A stretch of 64,000 nt of DNA from Moniliella sp. 'wahieum'. Its lineage: Eukaryota. The notes below the pieces were generated by a model, which did no database searches, was not told the DNA's origin, and saw nothing but the letters and a program-made list of their open reading frames with translations. This document shows, piece after piece, positions 26,301 through 38,355 of the stretch; within the stretch, counting starts at the first letter, position 1, and each line of letters opens with the position of its first letter. The position numbers and the translations under genes are program-made. Location: assembly GCA_003971905.1 (NCBI GenBank), contig RSEE01000019.1, positions 248,001-312,000 on the forward strand, given 5' to 3'.

Positions 26301-26377
26301 ATGCAACCGCAACGGCAACACGGGCCCAGTCTCCGCGAGGTAACCCTATTGACCTGTTATGCATGTTGTGTGCATTC

Positions 26378-27260
26378 CATTGACAGAGCTTAAGGCTGGG
26401 ACAGGGGGAACGCTACGTCTAAACCGAACCGTTCATCTTGCGGGGGTTACTTGGAGGCGCCACCAAGATTAAGGGACCAGGGGGATCGCCAGGATATCAG
26501 GACCCTCCGGCTCACGCCATCCGGTCCCGTACCCTAGGAAGCGCGTGTGGACACGGAGGAACGTGGTTGACATACGAGCGAGGAACCATTTCCACTGAGA
26601 CTTAGTAGCCAACTCCTTCCAATGCGCAAACAACTTGCCCGCCGTCTTGGTGCCGTAGTATCCTCGCGTCGTCAAAACCAGGGGGAAAAACGGTTCTTGA
26701 GTGCGTCCCTGGTACTTGGCGTTCTTGTCGCATTCTGCTTGTTCAAGCAGCCGAAGCAGTTCCTTCTCCCGGCGTTCCAAAGGCGACGCAGTGCTCTCAT
26801 GCACCACCCGCCGGTACGCGCTCTGCGCCTCCTGCGATCCCGTGTCGCGCAGCGTGTGGTCTACCTCCATTCCGGTTCCTCCCAATGCTCCGGGCCCCAT
26901 CAGCGGTAATCGGTGCGCTGTGCCTTCCGTCCGCGCCTCGTCCCATCCTCTTCCTCCACCATAGGTTCGTTGTGGACGTGGGTGTCGGGGATGGAGCGGA
27001 GGAGCTGGAGAATGGGCTCCCGCACTGCCTCATGCAACGCACCAAACTTGGCCTGGGTGCGGGTGCAGGACATGATATGTTCCAGCGAGGACATGATGCC
27101 GCACTTGCACATGCTGCGCGTGGTGCGGCACAGCGTGCGGAGCTGGAGACCAACCTGGACCTGCTGGTCAGAAGCTTGAGGTACGGGACGGATGGAATGG
27201 CGGAGAGCCAGTTGTGGCTCAGCGGGTTGCTGTGCTCAACCACATGGCGACCATCGGCAG
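26378..27260 (-). mobile_element. 5'-truncated CRE/SLACS-clade non-LTR retrotransposon (CCHC knuckle + restriction-like endonuclease + 3' UTR)
   Basis: HNWLSAIPSVP; C-K-C-x7-H-x3-C knuckle; RTD..EVD..E.DKNAKY..FFPLVLTTRG RLE motifs; stop at 26469 then about 90-nt 3' UTR. Confidence 0.8.
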
Positions 27261-27601
27261 CGTCATGCATGTTACATGCTATGGGTGAGCGATGATCGAT
27301 GATTTACTTCCCGATCGTCGCGCGCCACATGTCACACGTCACGCGTCACAGCCAGCAAGCAGAAGCAGGTGGTGAGCAGGTGGTAGGCGCCGGATGGAGG
27401 ACTAGATTATTGCAGAGGCAAAATGGAGGAAGTAATTAATAAGGGCTCGTCCTCCTTGCCCTCTTTTTGTTTGGAGTAGGTCTCCCGCCAGCCTGGTTTA
27501 TCGGCATCGGCAGCAGGCATCTCCACCGCTCAGTAGCGAAATCCTACCCACTCCTCTCTCTAGTACCCTGCCCTCTGCTCTATCCTATACTGCATCCATA
27601 T

Positions 27602-27702
27602 CATTGACAGAGCTTAAGGTTGGGACAGGGAAACGCTACGCCTAAACCGACACGTTCATATTGCGTGTGTTGCTTGGTAGCGCCACCCTGTTAAGGAACC
27701 AG
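27602..27702 (-). mobile_element. Isolated 3'-end copy of the same CRE-like element
   Basis: Diverged copy of 26378-26480 (cattgacagagcttaagg.tgggacaggg..aacgctacg.ctaaaccga...gcgccacc...ttaagg.accag). Confidence 0.8.
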
Positions 27703-29433
27703 CAAAAGATAGCCGTTCATTATTTCGATCATTAAAATCGTCAGCAATTCCGAGATATATTCATCGAATATTCGTCACAGGTACAGTGCCCACTGCCACG
27801 GGGCAGGGGGAAGCTTCGCTGCATGTTCATTGATCGATGTTCGGCCGTTGCGAGCTTTGTAAGAATGGGAGTGAGACTCGCATGCTCATTTGCCTCATGA
27901 TTACGGCCGTTGAAGGTCAGCACCACCCAGTGTACTGAGTAACGATCTTTCTATTCGGCCTTTTGAGCCCAGCTTCGGATCGGTGGGGTCGCGCGCGGGG
28001 CGTTGTGGGAGCATAAGCTCGGGGAGCGTGTGTTCTCCCACGTGGCGCGCTGCGGACGCATCTCCTTCCACCGCGCTATTGGGCGTTTAATTACAGGAAG
28101 TGCCTCCCTTTTTGCCCCTTATTCCCCGCCCCTTCATCCGCTTTTGCGGCCGCAATACAATGAGATTCCTGCCTGGCTACGAAATGGTCTTCAGGGTGTT
28201 ATTGTTGTCTAGTACCTATTTCCCAGCCACCGTTGGACGGGGGTGTCGGTGGTGACCTAGATATGCTTCAATCACACGCACATACTATTATGAGAGCGAA
28301 AAGCATTTAAGCCAACAGCGGTTGGGGTGTGTGGGAATCATAGAAGCTTTGGAAGTTTGGTCCCTCTTCCACCGTGCCGGAGGTAGCAGTCGATCCTTTT
28401 CGAATTGAAGGTCCTCGGAAGCACGGGAAGACTCAACTAAGCGCTCGCCTATTACGATAATGCGATGGGTAATGGATAACTAGATAACTCGTCTCAACAG
28501 TAACAACACAAGACACAGCTCTCTGGCTCGCCTTCGTCGCGGGTTATCTCTTGGGGGTCTAGCAAAGAGGACGCGACCTGACTCAATGGCCGTCTTTTCC
28601 ATTTCGGACATGCACCGGTGGCACTCAGAACTTCGAAAGACTCATGTATGCAGACCGTGACGTCAATACATGCCGAGGGTCACCTCCGATCCGCATTACT
28701 TTCCCTCCTACTAATGACCACGATTGAGTGCGTGGTTATTACAGGGATAGTAGACAATAAGTAAGTTGCTGTGGGGCTTGTTGAAGACTACGATCCCCAA
28801 CCCTTTTCTCCATGTCGAGGGTAAGTTTTTCCGGTTCATACTTCTATCGTATTCGGTAACAGCTTTTCCCACTCTACAGTACTGTATAATTGGTAATGGT
28901 ATCCACTTGGGCCCCAGAGCGATGTAGTGTATGGTAGGATGGACAGACAGTCAATCTACGCATGATCTACGTCGTAGTAATCAAAGTGACCATTGAATTG
29001 CGAAACAGCACGTGGACATACTAATCCCACCGAAGAGCATCCCCTCTCTATAAAATGTAAGCCTTTTCCTCTTTCATATACTCAGGTACATGCTTTTTCT
29101 GTCCCTTCAGCCAAAGCATCTGTCCCTATACTAAACTTGGTCAATATGGCGTGTCTGAGTATAGAACCCACAACCGGGGACAAATGAAGGTGGATACGTG
29201 GATGAGTGCAGTCTCGATGCTATGGCGCAGTTGAAACGCACAGAGCCATTAGAATGACGAGGTGTGTTGTGCACGGACTGAGAGAATGAAGAGACAGTGT
29301 ATAGCAAGTGCACCCGGATTTGTTTAACCACCCATCCCTCCCTCCTAATCTGCCTTACGTCTTAACTCCTCCACCATCCTCTTCCCAATAGGTGCGGCAA
29401 TTGCACAGAGCCTATTGCTTTTCTGCCACCTAC

Positions 29434-30609
29434 ATGTCTCCTTCTCGCCCTTCGGGATCCTTGCCGACCCAACAAAGCTCACAGCAAGCATGCCGCCGTC
29501 CTTCACAGGATAACAACCTGCGCAGGCTTCCAGGTCCTTCCTCCCTTATTGCATTTTCTGTGCAGGGCCCATCCCCGGTCTTGTCCCCAATCCTTCTCGA
29601 CACAGCCACACCCAATCCGTACCTAACTCGGTCTTCCTCACCGACCCACGAGACCGCTCCCTGGATCCGGCATGGCATGAACGTGCTCAACTGTACCAGC
29701 TCGGGGTAGAGAGGGCTGGGCGCCCATCCGCTGGTGCCTTACGTCGGAGCACCTTAGACCACACCTCGTCTACACCACGCTCCACCACTACCAGTTCCTC
29801 GGGCGGGATTGGAAATGCCTCTCCCCTCCACTGGCTTGGCATATCGCCGACCTTCGGAACCTATCCTTGCTTCCTCTCCCGGCCGGAGGTTTGGTCCTAC
29901 AGGCCTGTCCACACCTATCACTGTCTCCGCCTCTACCTCTACCTCTATCGATGTCTCTACGTCTGCGTCTACTTCGGTTTCTACTTGTGCCTGGGTCTCT
30001 GCTTCTGCCTCGGCCTCGGCCGCGCCCCTTGCCCCTCTCCGGTCAGCTCGTCGCTCTCTCTCCCACGTCTCCTCCCCTCTGGGGGACTCGGTGCGATTGA
30101 TTACCGACAAGAATATGTTGCGTTGGTCCATGAGTGGCAGTACCCAGCTCCCCATGCTGCGGCCTTTACCTACTCTGGAGACCGACTCACTTGGCTTGCC
30201 CTCACCATTGCTAGGATCCGATGATGCTCTGTCCAACCCCACGCCCGAGACCGAGGCGGAGCCAGAAACAAAATCCGAACTTGGGCCCGAACCTGAGTCT
30301 ACGGCCAACAGGGCGGGCCGGGTGAAACGGAAACAGGTGAGCAACGCATGTACCAATTGTCAGCGCGCTTCCAAGGGATGCAGTGCGACGCGGCCGTGTG
30401 ATCGTTGCGTTCGGTTGCGCTTGAGCGACACGTGCCGCTCTTCGGTTCACAAGCGGCGCGCAGGCCCGCGTGCCGTCCTTGCCAGCCAGTCTTTCTCCGT
30501 CGCGACCGAGAGCAAGGATAATCCTCGCTCCCCCACGTACGGACAGGCCTCTCCTCCGCCTTCTCGCCCAAGCCCCGTTGACTTTTCGGGGCCGCATCCT
30601 GGGGGGTAA
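29434..30609 (+). CDS. Zn(II)2Cys6 binuclear-cluster transcription factor; start uncertain, possible terminal intron about 30606-30746
   Basis: KRKQVSNACTNCQRASKGCSATRPCDRCVRLRLSDTC six-cysteine cluster at about 30325-30435. Confidence 0.8.
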
Positions 30610-31164
30610 ACAGCCCCTTCCCTCCCCCCATCTTATTATTGTCGTCCGTAGCATTTCATCTTTGTTTCTTGGCCACAGAAGGGACAAGAGAGCGCACTAT
30701 AGCCCATTCAAGAAACAACCCCTAACGTGCTTACACTTACTACAGACCTGTCCTCTTCTACCTGTTTGACTTGTCTTCTGGTTCGTTTCACCTTTCTCAC
30801 CGTTTCCACTAGTTGTCCCCCCTCGTCAGCCCCATTCTGGCCCGAGGTCGACGCAGGGCACCAGAAGAGGAGAGGATGGCCGGTCTATGCCGCAGACGAT
30901 TTTGGTCTTTGTAATGGTGGAACGAGTTATTAGTCGTTCTACAGCAGCTATCACGAAAGAAGAACGATGCATGGACATGCACTGCACGAGAGACCAGATT
31001 TGGGGAACGAGGGGGCATGAGGATGGTTAGATGGTGGATGATGCGTCGTGATCGATGGAAGGGGAAAAGGGTGGAAGTGGAGAACAAGGGAGGTGACGAG
31101 ATGTGGGTGAAGGGAAGAGGCCCATCATCACAGGGTGCTGCAAGCCTCGTGAACCACTGGGCCT

Positions 31165-33708
31165 CTACCTCGCATAGGGGTGCGCTGCACAAGTGCGGGA
31201 GGTAGGTAGGAAGGAATGTGGCGCGGCGCGAGAAACCAACAGATAAATTTGCCTACTGTGGCGACGACCAGGGATCCGCGAATGAACAAGAGAGCCACGC
31301 TTGCCTGAGCGGTAGCTTTCGGGCGGGCGAACAGAGTCGGCCGGGCACGGGGGCAAGGGCACACGAGGCTGGTCTGATCGCGGAGATCCGGGTGGGGGAG
31401 GGGCAAGAGAATAGGAGCCAGCCCATCGCGAGTGGGAACCCGAGGAAGAGGCGGTGCCGTGAGAGGGTGGAACCCACTCGTCGTGTCCAGACATGTGCGT
31501 CGATAATGCAGTGATGGAAGAACGGGAGGCCAGGTAGGCGTCCGTTCGTATCGACTCGGACATGCTCGAAAGACTCAGCGCTGAGCTGGCTCGTGAAGCT
31601 TCCGTTCGCACGGACGCGCCGGGAGCCGAGAGGGGATAACCTTCACTTGGCGGGGGACCCAGGCTAGAAAGGGGTCGACGCCTTTTGTACTCCAGCGTGT
31701 TGGCAAGCATCTCGACTGGGAGAGAGTTGCGCGCAGCAGACAAGCGTCGAGGTGGGGTATATTCCGCTGGACTAGGGAGGTCCCGGGTGAACGGAAGTTC
31801 GGGTGGAGGTAGCCCGATCGCGGTGGGCGCCCAACTGTGGCGGTGTAGAGCGAGATGAGAAAGCCCTCTAGGCAACTTATCGGGTTGGCTCCGATCCTGA
31901 GTCGGTGGCTCTTGTTTGCTTGATGTATCATCGCCTACGCCCTCATTGGCCGCCGCCGCCACCCCCTCCTCGCTGACTTCCCCCTCCTTGGCATGAACGT
32001 CGACCTCCTTCTCCTTGGGGTGGATCTCAGCTGATGTGTCAATGCTAGCACGGCTTTCCGAGTTCGATTCCACACGGAACTCTCGGCGGCGTTTGCGCCC
32101 AGCACAACCCTAGAAGAAGTGGAAAGAGAGAGTCAGACGCAAGCCGCAAACTGTGGATGAACAAACGTACTTTGACGAGGATATGTCGGTTGAGCGCGTC
32201 TTTTCGAGAAAAAGGCTTGTGGCACTCGGGGCAAGCAAACGGTTTGGTCCTCAAGTGAATTCGACAGTGCCTTCGCAAGTCGTGATTTCGTACAAATGCA
32301 GCACACCGCACGAGGTACACTTGAACGGCCGCGGCGGCCCGGGAGTTGGGGCGGTAGGCTGAGCATGTGGGGGCAGCCGAGGCGGTGGTGGGCCAGCTGG
32401 GGAAGGAATGACCCCCGGGGTAAATTAGGGTAGTTGCTAGCCCACTCGGCATGGGCGGCAGCTGACCCGGGGTGCTGGTGTGACAACTGATGAGGTCCGG
32501 GCAGAGCCGTAAGTTCGTACACAGGAGGTCCACAATGGGCGGAATGGCGAGACTCCAAGGATGGGGGGTGAGCTTGTTGTGGGAAAGACGAACTGTGGGG
32601 CTCAGGTTCGGGCCAGCGCATCAGAGGATGTGAGGGCGTTTCAAAAGTGTGCGATGGCAGGCGAGTCGGATAGGCATGAATAGAGGAGAGGGGAGGCGAG
32701 GTCCGAGCGGGAACAAGAGGGGAATGGGCAACAGGGATGAGATGGCCATGTGGCAGCAGACGATGGGGGGGCACGCCATGCATCTGGAGTGGGGCCAGAA
32801 AGAGAGGAGCGAACATGTCGATTCGCATGTGAGTTGCGGCCGGTGGAGGCAAGTGGGGGTGCATAGGCGGGAGTGTAGCTGTTGGCATATGACATTCGCC
32901 GTTGAGGGCCGATGGAGGGGACAAAGGGATAGTGGCCATCATCGCCGCCTTCATCAGTGTGTGCAGATGAGGGTGACAGGCGAGCCGAGGGAACGGGTCT
33001 AGGGCGGACGGGGGCGGACAGAGGAGGGAGACGGGACAAAGAATCGCTCGAATCACCGTACGCAGTGCTGTGCCTCCGGGGCGGCAAGGGAGGCAAGCGT
33101 CCGGAGGGCACGCCCGAAGATCCAGAAATGCTTGAGCGCGGGCTGGGGTTGGAAGTCAAGTCGGCGTGGGGAGTGTGGCGCTTGAGAGAAGACGGACGCG
33201 AGGGGCGAGCAGAGAAGGTATAGGTTCCGAGGCCGCCGGAAGATTGTTCGGGGCTGTGCGCATGAGACGAGCGAGACGCGTGGTCGGCAAAGCCAAAACC
33301 CTGGGCCAACGAGGGCAGACTACGATGAGGAGGCTCAGAAGGGTAGGTGTCGCGGGTGAGACGGGGAAGAGGGGCATCAGGGTGTGGGATGGGATGGGAA
33401 GAGACGGAGGCAGGGGCCGGATCGGGGAGGGAATTTTGAGCTTGACGTTGAGCTGGTGCTGGAGGGACCGAAGGCGAGGTAGAGCCAGAGCCAGAGCCAG
33501 AACCAGAGCCGGCTGGCGAGAGGGACGGCGCGCGGGGGTTGGGAACCGAGGGTGCGCAGGGACAGGTGGGCCAGCATCGCCAGGCATTGGGACTGAAGTG
33601 TGCGAGGGGGGATGAGAGAAGGTGGTGGTGTCCGGCTGCGATGGGAGACGGGCTGAAGCTAGGGCTCCAGGCTCTTCTGGGGGGAGTGGGGGGTACGTGG
33701 TCATGCAT
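31165..33708 (-). CDS. Two-finger C2H2 transcription factor, FlbC-like; intron 32110-32170, frameshifts
   Basis: FVRNHDLRRHCRIHLRTKPFACPECHKPFSRKDALNRHILVK|GC joined across a 61-nt GTACGT..CTGAC..TAG intron; matches the FlbC-type finger pair as I recall it. Confidence 0.8.
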
Positions 33709-33889
33709 CCTGGGCAATCTGTTGTGCTGGGTCCAGGTTGTTCCTGCAGAGAGACACGCGGATTTGAGAAAGCCAGCAGGGGGACCCACACGCACCAGCC
33801 TAGTGTCGGCGAAAAACGATGGCCTTTTATTCTCCGCTGATTTTAGCATGTAAAACGCGCGGCAGCATCGGCTGCGAGCGTGGGTGCGC

Positions 33890-34010
33890 TGGCCAGACAG
33901 CCTGACAGCCGCAGCCAGACAAGGCCAGACAAGGCCAGACAAGACACAGACAAGGCCAGACAGCCCGACAGTTCGACAGCCCGACAGCCCGACAGCCAGA
34001 CAGCCAGGTC
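33890..34010. repeat. Degenerate (C/G)AGACA(G/A)-type tandem repeat in the FlbC-like promoter
   Basis: ccagacaagg x3, cccgacag x3, ccagacag. Confidence 0.75.
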
Positions 34011-34276
34011 CGCGCAAAACCAGGGCGTAGCCCAAACGAGATCCTATCACCCGCCAGCTGGTTCCCATGCTCTATCTCCGGTGGCCATCGCTCATATCAC
34101 ACGGTACTCAGCACTCGGCAGCACCAGCACGCGTAGGATCCGCGGTACACGTCACACGCATCACGCTGGAAGCTACCTTCGCCCGCCACAAGCTTTCGGA
34201 TGCACCCGACGCCACGAAGCAACCGTCTCAAAATTCCTGACAGAGACCGGTATTGTTTGGGCTGTAGCAGCTGTAG

Positions 34277-34327
34277 CAGGACCCCGGACATCACCCATTG
34301 CTCATCGGTGGAGGCACGTCCCGTTCG
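34277..34327 (+). repeat. Left terminal inverted repeat
   Basis: caggaccccggacatcacccattgctcatcggtggaggcacgtcccgttcg. Confidence 0.95.
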
Positions 34328-34779
34328 TCAGGCCGATTTCACCCTTTTTGCACCCACCTCGAGGGTGCAAACGAACGGGATGTGCCGATTTTGGCCGATT
34401 TTGGCCCAAATTTGCCCCCTTGAACGGATGAGCCTATCAGTAGGGTTAGAATTACATAAGACACTTGCCCCGTGCCGCACTTGCTTACGCAAGCACAAGA
34501 AATTGTTAGGGTTCGGCTGGGGTGTCCCATCACGTCGCGTCGGGTGGTGCTGACTTAAGCGTGTTTTGGCCGCAACCATGTCTGCCTTTGCCTGCCTCTT
34601 CCCACGACGCGCCGAGCTCGAGAGCACTTCCAACGCGTCCCCCATGCTTCGCCCGTGCAGCAGCGCAAGTGCTTTGCCTGCCTCCAAAGGTGCAACCATC
34701 CTGGCCACACGTGTTGGCGACAAGGCGTCGGATACAGTCCACTCTTTGTCAGAGACGCGCACGGCCCTGATCACTTGGT

Positions 34780-37129
34780 GATTGGCGTTTTCCAACCGTC
34801 TGTCTTTCCCCCCATTACGATCAAGGTCGCTACTCTTGGAGGGAGTCGCTTGTCATGATGCAGGACGCGAAGCACGCTATAAAGACCGCCCGCGACCAGC
34901 TCACAAGCGGTGCTCGTTGCCTGGTTCTCGGGAGATACGCTGTCGGTTATGGGGACTTGGTCGCCCTCAATGACAAAGGGGCGCTTTACAATCGCGACAT
35001 ATTTCGATTGGACAAACAAGACGATCGAGCTGCAGCCCGCCTCTTCTCGGCCTCCACGCTAGCGGCGGTGGGCGACGCAGACGACCTGAACCGTGGCCTA
35101 TTCGTGTACCTCTATGTGATCGGCCTCGTTCAGTCGGCTATCCAGCACCGATCGCTTCCCCATTCCACGCGAGCGTACATGCTGCTCACTGCGTACTACT
35201 TTTCCATCTATGGGCGAACTTCATATCCTCCGACTCGCAGTACACGGCGGTCAATTTGGTCAGTCCGGGGATGCTCGACATCTTCAACCGCCTCATCACC
35301 GGGATGCTCGGCCTGATGTTGATTTACAGGGACGATTACAATAGCCGAATTCCCTTCACCCCTTGGACTCATTCGACCGAGACGTTAGAACACCACTTTG
35401 CTTCAGCGCGCCGACTCTTATCGGAGTTTGATGCTGTCGAGTACCAGCAGGTACGTCCCCCCCCCTGGCCCTCTGTCCCCCCTCCTTTCTAATGCTGTCG
35501 TCTTCCTGCAAACTGAAATCTGACTTATCCAGATCATGTCGAAAATTCATGGCCTCGCGCTCCACACGGTCGACATGGAGATTATGGTCTGAGTCATAGG
35601 ATGGACAAATATCCTGCTTCTGGCTACAACCACACCGTCTTTGACACTGCCGGGGTATGTCTCGATATTCTCAAGACATTTCCATCGGCGATCAATATGG
35701 AGCACATTTGTGCCGACGCCGCCAATGCGGCACTGTTCTGGCATCATGGGTGGGAATGGGACTGACTCCTCATTCGGATCCTCAACCTGCACCAGCTGCA
35801 CCTGTTCCCCTTCTCGAAGATGATGAGCCTTCCATCGTCCCCAACCACGACACTGTCTATGCCGCGATGCAACACTTTGTGGACCATTCTCAAGAGCCCT
35901 TCTCTCCCTGGGGAGAGGGCGATGCGGTACCCGCGACGTCTGACCCAGGTCCCGTATCCGCCCACGATGGCACGGTGGATGAGGGAGATGAGGTGGTCTC
36001 CAAAACCAGGCTGCGACTGATGGCGTTGGTGGAGGCTCGAGAGCAATGCCTGTATGTTTATCTCACCCATATAGTACGCGACGACGGCCGCGATTCTAAC
36101 AAACTCTGCAGCGAGAATTCTTCTGAGGTCAATGTTGACGCCGCTATCCAAGCCTCCCGCATGCGCATATCCAGCCTCCTGAGCCCGGCCTCAAGCATGT
36201 CCCCTGTTATGGCTGTATCCAACCCGCCCGATTGGACTCCAGTACGAACCTTGACCGAAAGCTCTTTCTCTCCTTCAGGACGAAGGTTGAAGACAGCTTA
36301 AGCTCCCAGGCGGGGAAGAAATGGAATACTGCGGGTGATTGCGGTTTGGGCAAGACGTGTTCTGCCCTAAATGGATTGCACAAAAATGCGGAGGCGGCGT
36401 TGTACAGCAGTGTGCTGAAGGAGCTTCAAGATGGGCCTGGCGCTGTCATTTATTCGGGGCCGGCCCGCAGGCTGCGATGGATGGGACAATCGAGACTCGA
36501 GCCCGTGACGGCTAACCAACAGGAGCGCCACGATCTTGTCGAGGAGGGTCGGGCGAAGAAGGCCAACGAGAAGCGGGTCAAGGCACTTTTCAACGTGGTA
36601 AAGAGGGTCAGCTTGTTGCCTTTGGACATTGCCAAGGGTGGTGTTTGCCGATCACCCCCCTCACCATAGGGGATCTGGTCGTCTTCCTGTCCCTCGACAA
36701 AACAGAGGTGACACCCACCGTTCAGATCGGCCATGGCAAGTCCATAACACTCACCATTTGTTCTTATTGCTGCTAACATTCGTATTCGAAGTGGTGAGCA
36801 TGTACACACAGGCGTCGAAAACTGTACCCCACAGCTGGGTGAACAATTGGTCGAACTTATCTACGCTCTCGTACATCTCGCTTCGCTGCCTGAAAGAAGG
36901 GACCCAGCCCACGTACACGTCCAACATGAAGTGGTCACTCAACACGAGGCGTTACTACCATGTGCCAGCTTTTCAGGTCCTGCGACGTTTACCAGGCGAG
37001 CATGTCTTCAAGCAGGCCAAGAGCGACGATTATACTGATTACACTGTGCAGCTTTCTCCCCAGGCAGCCGCGATGTTCGCCATGGTGGAGAAGGAGCACT
37101 TTCTCACTCCCTTGCTGGTGGGGAAGTAG
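34780..37129 (+). pseudogene. Transposase, apparently 5'-deleted, with introns (e.g. 35451-35533) and frameshifts
   Basis: MMQDAKHAIKTARDQL (DxxH..K..R), DKQDDRAAARLFS, PWTHSTETLEHHFASAR (LE..F...R), ASGYNHT; N-terminal part appears absent. Confidence 0.7.
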
Positions 37130-37593
37130 TCGCAGAGAATACCAATGGCTTTACATGCAGTGCCGCCTGCTATATAGAAGCACCTGTTGCGTATCAATCA
37201 GAGCAGGAGCTTGGAATTTGGAGATGAAGTCTGGAGGGTGGGCCCACCTCTCAGGTTGAGGGCGTAGGTAGGGTTCCTGCGTAGGTTAATTACCAAAGTT
37301 GGTACTAGCCAGTGGATGCTATTTGCTATCGTCACTGCATGTTGCGCGAGGTTGCGCGCTACTGCGTTTCGAATATTTCATGTTGTGCCGCTTTGTAGCC
37401 TGTGCCACCCCAGGCCGCCGGTTGAAACTTTGGCAAAAAAATTACCTAAGATCCGGATTTTGGGGATTCATCTACCATTTTGCACCCCTGAACGGGATGT
37501 GCCACCCTTTTTGCCCATTTTAGCCCCTAAATTTTGCACCCCCAACGGGATGTGCCGGCACTTTTTTGGCCCTGCGGGCCCAAATTTGCACCC

Positions 37594-37644
37594 CGAACGG
37601 GACGTGCCTCCACCGATGAGCAATGGGTGATGTCCGGGGTCCTG
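37594..37644 (-). repeat. Right terminal inverted repeat
   Basis: cgaacgggacgtgcctccaccgatgagcaatgggtgatgtccggggtcctg. Confidence 0.95.
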
Positions 37645-38355
37645 CTGTAGCCTGCTGTAGCAGGTCGTAGCAGGAGCACTATGTACATCCCGTGTACATC
37701 CCGTGTAGATGGTGCCCTGTGGTGCCATCGGGTCTATGACCTATGGGCCGGCCTGGGTCCGGCCGGCCTCCGGGGCCACATAATAGTTCACGGTGAATCG
37801 GAGGCCACCGGTTACCTTGACCAGTCTGCATGGCACCATCGTGGCTGCAGCGCCCGGAGTAGCAGCCCGTAAACAGCCCGGAACACGTTCACACGTTCAC
37901 ACGTTCACAAGAACGTTCCCTGTTCTATGCCCCTCGCCACAATCCCCTGGCACACATCGGTGTGCGTCTAAGGACAGCCCACCACATAACCGCTAAGTTG
38001 CGAAGTCTTTGTAGCTCCCCTCGTGCAGTGCAACACACCATCAACTGCCTGCTCTCTTGTCTTCTACCGCTCAGGCGGAAGCTAATGGGCGAACAGTTCG
38101 ACCCGGCCCTTTACAAGTGCACCGAAGACGCGCTGGAACGTGAAGCTCTTGTACTTGAAGATGTGCCTGGAGCTTGGAGCTTTGGGCTTAGCGGCACGTG
38201 ACAGAGGGAATCATTTCATTTCTTTTGTTAGTGCCAGTTGCAGTGCTGCCAGTGTCCTACCCAACCTTTCAAAAGTTTCGTTCCCGCTTGCGCTTCCGTG
38301 CCCAAACACCGCGTCGCTTGCCGTCCGCGTCGCCTTAGATTGCGAGCTCACCATC

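Larger units (their letters stand above)
34277..37644 (+). mobile_element. P-element-like DNA transposon, 3368 bp, 51-bp perfect TIRs, flanked by duplicated CTGTAG
   Basis: 34277-34327 is the exact reverse complement of 37594-37644; CTGTAG at 34271-34276 and 37645-37650; internal transposase fragments. Confidence 0.9.

Noticed and set aside
28200..29330. Lower-GC, ORF-poor segment
   Set aside because: Probably decayed TE or promoter DNA; no diagnostic motif, repeat or RNA structure identified.
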